Positions 51,001-64,000 of a DNA stretch of 64,000 bases are shown here, in pieces; position 1 is the stretch's first letter, and each line of letters begins with the position of its first letter. Source of the stretch: the human T2T-CHM13v2.0 reference genome, Homo sapiens; the NCBI RefSeq assembly GCF_009914755.1, contig NC_060937.1, one strand, 5' to 3'. The position numbers were made by a program, and so were the translations under genes. Below the pieces are notes generated by a model. That model had not been told where the DNA came from. It worked only from the letters and a program-made list of their open reading frames with translations, and searched no databases.

Positions 51001-51249
51001 GGTGAAATAATGTAGATTCACTTGCAGTAATGAGAAATACTACTGTGATCGGTACACTTTGCCCACTTTCCCTCAATGGTAACATTTTGCACAACTATAG
51101 TATCTGGTGTCACAACTGGGATTTTGACATTGATCTACATTCTTTCAGATAGACTTATAATCGTTTTTCTCAAAAGAAGTTGAATTACAGATGGATATGG
51201 GTCTAGGTGATGTTGGAAGACTGAAGTTTGCCAGGTCCTCTGTGTATTT

Positions 51250-53850
<2,601 letters not shown>

Positions 53851-54482
53851 GCCTAGCTTTCGTGTGTTTTCTGGTATATTTTCCAAATCTGAGCCATATC
53901 ACCCCGGCCCCCCTTAGATATAATCTAAACAGTGCTGATAGAATTATGTGATTGAATTTGTGATGATCTGTTCATATAGAACTAAATTTTATTGCTAATA
54001 AAATATAATTTTGTAAAGACGGCTTTACAAGAAGTTGATTAGATTTATAAACTTACTCTGTTGCTGCTATTAGATGGGAATAATAATAATATAATATCAG
54101 TACTCAAATTTATTGCTTACAATATGTCAGGTCTGTGCTAAGTGCTTTACATGCAGCATTGCTTCAGGTGGGTTATCTTGAGTCTTGGGTGGCTCCCCAA
54201 GGAGACAGCTCATGTTGCTCATTAGAAGGGTTCTGCAGAGCAGGTGTAGATGCGGCTTATCTCAGCACAGCTTCCTCTGTCCTCCAGAACCCCTAGTGGC
54301 AGCATACGGTTGCTGATGACACTTTAGACTCAGGATAAATTCTTACTGGATTTGAGAAACTTAATTCTTGCTGGGCCACAGTCCTTTTATACTCAGGGAT
54401 TGTGTTACCATTCAGAAAGAGTTTACATGAACAAGTGATGCCCTTAATAAGAACTGTTTACCTACACCTAGGACCCTCCTGA

Positions 54483-56430
<1,948 letters not shown>

Positions 56431-56652
56431 AGCTTACTAATGGTGGGACATCAGTGTCATGTTTATATTTTGAGATGAGCATTTAATATAGAGCCTAAAA
56501 TGTTAGTACTATATAGTATTTATTAACTTAATGTGATTTAATGGAAAATATTTCTTTCTCTTTCAAAACAACTGAGATGGAAACCCAATCTTGAGTTAAG
56601 TTCAGAGAATTTTCAAGTCACTTAAATATCTTTGTGACTCTCTTTTTTCAAG

Positions 56653-56799
56653 CTTCCAATTGAAGACTTGTGCAGTTTAACATCCCAGTCACTGCCCATT
56701 GAACTGACTTCAGTAGTGCCTGAATCTACAGAAGACATTCTCTTGAAGGGCTTCACTTCCTTAGGAATGGAAGAAGAAAGAATTGAAACCGCACAGCAG
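56653..56799 (+). CDS. COG3: COG3 coding exon 2 (147 nt)
   Basis: ttttttcaag|LPIEDLCSLTSQSLPIELTSVVPESTEDILLKGFTSLGMEEERIETAQQ|gtgaat; phase 0-0. Confidence 0.95.
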
Positions 56800-57399
56800 G
56801 TGAATTGCAGTATCTTTTCTAAGGATGTTTGATTATTTCAGATGTCTGAAGACAAGGCTAATAAAGTCCTAATTAAAAGTTCTGAACATTTGTCACCATA
56901 ATTAACATTAAGTCTTTCTAGAACATTCTTGATTTTGCATTAGTTGTGGCTGTTTACGTGTTTTAAATGAATCTATTGCCCAATTATAGTTATGATATAG
57001 GTAAAAAAACATGAGATTCCATGTTTGGACGTTGATAGATTATTGAGGTTTTAATGTCTTATGCACTTTTGACTTCCCCCAATGTCTGTCTTCTGTTAAC
57101 CTGTTCCCTCAGTGTGTGCATGGGTACCCCTCCATCTCACTTGTTGCTAGGTAGTCCTTTTTTAAAAAAACCCAAATATTCTTTTTATATTAACATTTGT
57201 AGTTATTTTTCAGTAATTTAGCATGTGTAATTTTTTCTTGGTTTTTGTTCATTCCTAATTAGAAACCTAAACTTACAGTAGTTTCTTCTGCCACTTTCCT
57301 TGTCTCCTCTTTCTTTTCCTATTAAGAGTCAAAGTTGAGGCATTGACCAAATAAAACATAAAGTACATGTGTTGGAACTGGATTACATATATAGTAAGT

Positions 57400-57655
57400 T
57401 GAGAGAGGCAGTTCTACAAACCGATGAAGAATTACAGTTCCTGAGCTAGGCTGACCTGCACCTGAAAGTCAGCTCCATCATTTAGCATCTTTGTGAGCTT
57501 AAGCAAATTACTTAGCTTCTTAGATCTTTAGTTTCCTAATATATAAAACAGGGATAATTATATATTATTTCACAGGATTTTTGTGAGCGTTAAATACGAT
57601 AATGCATGTAAATTCGTTGTGTAGCAAGTACACAGTAAATGCTCAGCAAATGATA
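57400..57655. mobile_element. MIR
   Basis: CAGCTCCATCATTTAGCATCTTTGTGAGCTTAAGCAAATTACTTAGCTTC...AGTTTCCTAATATATAAAACAGGGATAAT. Confidence 0.75.
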
Positions 57656-58084
57656 GCCAAGGTACATGGCAAGCCTGTATACCCTTGACATTGAATCTTA
57701 CTTGAGATTCAGTGTTCTCAGGTTCACTTGAAGGTAGTCTTGCACCACATCTGTGAACTTGTTTGGCCTGCTTAAAAAAAGTCCTCTGGATGAAACTCGT
57801 ACCTGTTCTCTCTTTAAAATTAAAAAAACTAATATGCTGACTTATAATTTATGTACAATAAAATGTATTCATTTTAAGTGTCAGCTCAATGAGTTTTGAA
57901 AAGTGTATATACCTATGTATGTAACTAACAACTATAATTGAGATATAAAACATTTCTATCATCACCCCAAAAGTTTCTTCATACTTGTTTAAGGTCAACT
58001 CCCCGCATCCCCCTTTTAAATAATAGATATTTTTCAGGCCAGAATTCAGATCCAGGGCTAGCTGATACCAGAGTCCATATTCTC

Positions 58085-59238
<1,154 letters not shown>

Positions 59239-59456
59239 TGAAATGGCCGATGTTTTAATATCCTTTGCTTTTCCTAGCATATGGGTATTGTGGATATAAT
59301 TAAACTATTTTCTCCTGGCCTAAAACTGATTATGTCTGAGCCCTAAGCAATAAAACTTGGATAACGTCTGTCCTTTTGACTTGCTGCTTAGCATGTAGCC
59401 ACTTTTAATTTTGTCAGTTTTAGTTTTGTTCACAATATAATACTCTGTTTTTCCAG

Positions 59457-59518
59457 TTTTTCTCATGGTTTGCAAAGCTGCAAACTCAGATGGATCAAGA
59501 TGAAGGAACTAAATATAG
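59457..59518 (+). CDS. COG3: COG3 coding exon 3 (62 nt)
   Basis: ttttccag|FFSWFAKLQTQMDQDEGTKY(R)|gtatgt; phase 0-2. Confidence 0.95.
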
Positions 59519-60576
59519 GTATGTGTGTCTCTTGCATTTGTTGAATATCTTAATTTTTAGATCACAGTCATCTGAAGCATTTCATAATCAGTGTCTTTAA
59601 ATAAAACTGAGGTATTAAGAAAACTGTAACAGCCATATATTCTTTAAGAATAGCCAGTGAGAAGATTTGGGTCTTTAAAACTGTTATTTAGAAGTTGTGT
59701 GATTAAAAACAAAAAGAATTACATTATAATTAATAGGTTAGGAGGGATAGATGTTAGTTTTTAGATAGCTCCAGAAAGAACTAGGTTCAGGTAGGAGTTG
59801 TAGAGGAATTCTAGGAGGTGTTTGTTGCTTTTTAGAAGGAGAAACATCCCTGAAAGACTTTCAGGATGGCCACTTAGGTTGGTTGTAACTATACTTCTGT
59901 CAGTGGATGTTGACAGCATGGGGGAAATGTTGACGGCTGATTTGGGGGCTGTGGGTTGAGTGTCCACATTCAGGGTATTGATTTGTTGATGGCTATTATT
60001 GCTAGGCAGTGTGGTAGACTCTTTAATGTATGATCCCATTTAATCTTCGTAACAGCTGTGTGAGGAAGGATATTACTATTCTTATTTTACAAATGAGCAA
60101 CCTGAGGCCTGGAAATAATAAGTTACTTGCTTAATCTCATGCAGACTGGGCAGAGCTGGGGCTTGGACCCAGGTCTTCTAATTCTAAATCTAGAATTCTT
60201 GCCATGACATCACACCATCTTTCAAAGAGGGAAGTGATCTGAAGGATTGGCCTTACTTGGTGCCTTGGGATGGCTTTGGTGTCCCAGTCTTTAGAAGTTG
60301 AGCCAGTGATTCATTGCCTTATATGTGAAAAGCCAGATTATGGCTTCAAGGCTAATTCCTTTTGTTACTTATAGGATTAGTGATTTGCCTTCTTAAGTAT
60401 TGAAACGGTTTATGACATAACTTTTGGTACATTTCTTAACATAATCAACTTATGTGCATAGGCAGTTTTCCTCCTGAAATTCGAACATTTTGGGAAAAAT
60501 GAGCCTTTGTTGTTTTTTTACTGTGCTTATTGGGGGAAAAGATTATTGCCAATCCCCTTTTGGTTCTGTTTTCTAG

Positions 60577-60742
60577 ACAGATGAGGGATTACTTGTCTGG
60601 GTTTCAGGAGCAGTGTGATGCTATATTGAATGATGTAAACAGTGCTCTTCAGCATCTGGAGTCTTTGCAGAAACAGTATCTTTTTGTGTCCAATAAGACA
60701 GGAACCCTACATGAAGCCTGTGAACAGCTCCTAAAAGAACAG
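60577..60742 (+). CDS. COG3: COG3 coding exon 4 (166 nt)
   Basis: ttttctag|(R)QMRDYLSGFQEQCDAILNDVNSALQHLESLQKQYLFVSNKTGTLHEACEQLLKEQ|gtaatt; phase 2-0, start of the Sec34/COG3 conserved region. Confidence 0.96.
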
Positions 60743-60955
60743 GTAATTTGGAGTAAGAGAGAGGATCAGTCATTATATTTAATATTTTAAAATAGATGAA
60801 TACAGTTTTATTTTAATTTTCTTAATTTCTCCAAGATGTTCAACTCTGCTGTGTTTGAGGCCCTGTGCTCAGCATGCAGATTGTTACACTGACAGCCTAC
60901 TTTTTAAGTGCATGTGAATAGCAAAGGCAAGCCTTCTTATGTTTTGAGCTGTTAG

Positions 60956-61365
<410 letters not shown>

Positions 61366-61681
61366 TGAAAAGATCAACTGATTGATTACTTTTGACTTAG
61401 AGCTAGAACACTTAAGTTAGTATGTCTCAGAATTTTCTCTGTATGTACTTTTGTGTATTTTAAAAATGCGATCATTTACTATTTTATGAAGAGATCATAT
61501 AAAATTTACTGTAATATTATCGCCCCTTTTAGTTCATGATTGTAGAAATACTTGAGCTGAATTCTCATATCTGATATAAACCTCTGTGTCTAATGTAAAT
61601 CTGTTTAGTGTAACTTTGAGACTGGCATGTTGATTCTTATATTCTTATAATAATTGATTTTTCTCTTTTAAAAAATGCAAG

Positions 61682-61756
61682 TCGGAACTTGTTGATCTGG
61701 CTGAAAACATTCAACAAAAGCTTTCCTATTTTAACGAATTGGAAACTATTAACACA
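61682..61756 (+). CDS. COG3: COG3 coding exon 5 (75 nt)
   Basis: gcaag|SELVDLAENIQQKLSYFNELETINT|gtaagc. Confidence 0.94.
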
Positions 61757-62832
61757 GTAAGCATTGTTCTTTACTTCTTATAAAGTTAGTGATTTTTGTT
61801 TTATTTTTGCCTTTCTTCGTGTCATCTTTTAATCTATAAATTGGCTTGAGTGATATTTTAATTTAGCTTGCTTGCTGATAGATATTCCTATTTGTAGACA
61901 GTGGAGATACCATTACCAGTTCAGATTTTTAAATATTTGAGTTAAGATGTGTTTCTTAAATTGTATTCTTGGTATTAAAATCTCTTTATTGGCTACCTCT
62001 TATAGTTTCTTATTTGTAAGCTTTGAAGAAGATTGTAAGAAGAAATATTCAGTTTTAGATTTTGCTGTGGTTATGCTACCATGATAGTAGTCAAAACATT
62101 TTTAAAACTTATTCTCATGTTTAGTTTGAAGAAAAGTATAGTCCTCAAAATGTATAGTTGCATCCCAATAAAGTATAATAGTTCCAATAAAGACAAGTGT
62201 GTAAATTATATTTCTGTGTTTCTGACTCATAAATTAATCATAACTATGTATAAGTCATGTTATTAAAATCGTTTAATCATAGGTATTTAGTTTATTAAAG
62301 ACATAGAACTAAAACTTGTGGCTAGTTAACAATGGAATGCAATGGAAAGTAGTTCATTGCCAAGCTATTTGTATATCAGGATAAGAAATGATTGACTGGT
62401 TGCATTTTACTTTCATAGTATGACTGCTAAATATAGTATGACTGCTAGTTAATCCTTTAATCTTCAGAAAAATCACCACTGCAAGTAGAAAAATTATGTA
62501 TATTGTATACCAGAAAGTGAGAAATCTAGGTATTTCATATATTATTTGAATATGACATTGTATAGTGGGGTAATATATACCATGTCCTAATTCATGAAGA
62601 GTCCAATTAAAGCTTATTAGGAATAAACTGAATTAAATCAGTATGCTTTTTCTGTTTGTCCCTTCTTTATTGTACATGTGGGCTACATTCGAGGATATTT
62701 TGGTGACTTTTAAAATTTATTATAAAGACATGTTATGTCCTAAAGGCAAATATGCTGACTCTAATCCATAGTTTCCAACTTTTATCTGTATCATTTTTTA
62801 TGAATTAAGATTGTTTTCTTTTTCTCTTAAAG

Positions 62833-62925
62833 AAATTGAATTCCCCTACATTGTCGGTGAATAGTGACGGATTTATACCTATGCTGGCCAAGTTAGATGA
62901 TTGTATAACATATATCTCATCTCAT
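62833..62925 (+). CDS. COG3: COG3 coding exon 6 (93 nt)
   Basis: cttaaag|KLNSPTLSVNSDGFIPMLAKLDDCITYISSH|gtaagt. Confidence 0.95.
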
Positions 62926-63681
62926 GTAAGTCAGAGTATTTTTGCATGTTTTAAAGAAATCCTTAGATTCCTATTCCTGTTCCTATCTTTTTGTGTTTTT
63001 CAACTTTTCTGTGTTTAGCAGATGTTCCTATTATATCACTTCTTGTGCTGTAAAGTGATTATTTCTGTCCAAGGGAAAAATATGTATTTGTAACATATTA
63101 AAGAAAAGTTGTAGTGAATTCTTAGTCGTTATTAGCAGTGGTGTAAAAAGTACTTTTAGCTCCTGCAATAGCCCCTGGAATGGAACACATCCTGGCTGAC
63201 TCAGCTTTATCCCATCTAACAGGATGAGCCGTTTTTAAATTGTTGGTGTCTTGACATGCCCGGTATTTCTTTGGAAACAGAAAGTGTTACTTGGGGGGAA
63301 ATAAAGGGACAAGCCCTTTGATTTAATCACCCTCTATTTCTGTTTCTTCAGGATTTATTGCTGTGTTTATTTCCCCTAACTCCTATTCTTTTCCTAGTTG
63401 GGTCTTACATATTAGCCTTGAAGTCTGTGGGGTGCTGAAAATATCTTTTACTAACAACTGCAAATATGTATGGAGCTCCTACTTTGTGCCAGGCACAGGG
63501 GGTTTGACTGTGACTAAGACAGTCACAGTATTTATTCATCTTCATGGAGTTTATGATCTTTATGAAACCTGTTTTTGAACTTTATATATTGCTTTACATA
63601 GGGACACCTTGGTTTTCACTAAAAGCTTGCTTTTTATCTGTGTTCATTTCCACTTTGTAAATCTTTCTCTTTTCCTTACAG

Positions 63682-63807
63682 CCTAATTTTAAAGATTATC
63701 CCATATATTTGCTGAAGTTTAAACAGTGTCTTTCTAAAGCTTTGCACCTCATGAAGACATATACTGTGAACACACTACAGACCCTCACAAGTCAGTTACT
63801 GAAAAGG
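63682..63807 (+). CDS. COG3: COG3 coding exon 7 (126 nt); gene continues beyond the window
   Basis: ttccttacag|PNFKDYPIYLLKFKQCLSKALHLMKTYTVNTLQTLTSQLLKR|gtgagt. Confidence 0.95.
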
Positions 63808-64000
63808 GTGAGTTAACTGATCTCAACAACAGGTTTTTGTTATTGTTGTTGTTTTGATTCATTCATCTTCCATAATCTTTGGCTGAGATTAGTACTTTGT
63901 AATTCCAAAAAATTTTAACCTTTTGTTAAGAATATGTACTACAGCTTTTTATTTATAGTAGGGAAAAATGACTATGTTATAAATATCCCTTGCAAATGTT

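Overview
Primate, almost certainly human, genomic DNA. The right third holds the 5' part of COG3 (conserved oligomeric Golgi complex subunit 3) on the + strand: a TATA-less CpG-island promoter and coding exons 1-7, which splice in frame to 281 codons, with the gene continuing past the window. The left 45 kb is intergenic and repeat-dense, with dozens of Alus, L1/L2/MIR fragments, MaLR and ERV1 solo LTRs, DNA-transposon relics and a disabled PPIA (cyclophilin A) processed pseudogene. The most unusual object is a ~3.85 kb, almost pure A/T interrupted (TA)n array. It has an internal domain structure with palindromic units and sits, together with two Alus, inside a split MER58-type hAT element. 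Other leads are a candidate 42-nt frame-preserving cassette exon in COG3 intron 1, inverted Alus flanking exons 2-4 and several structurally odd Alus. I see no convincing new multi-gene system. Nearly all listed ORFs are Alu or microsatellite artefacts. Repeat subfamily names are from recall of consensus sequences and their boundaries are approximate.
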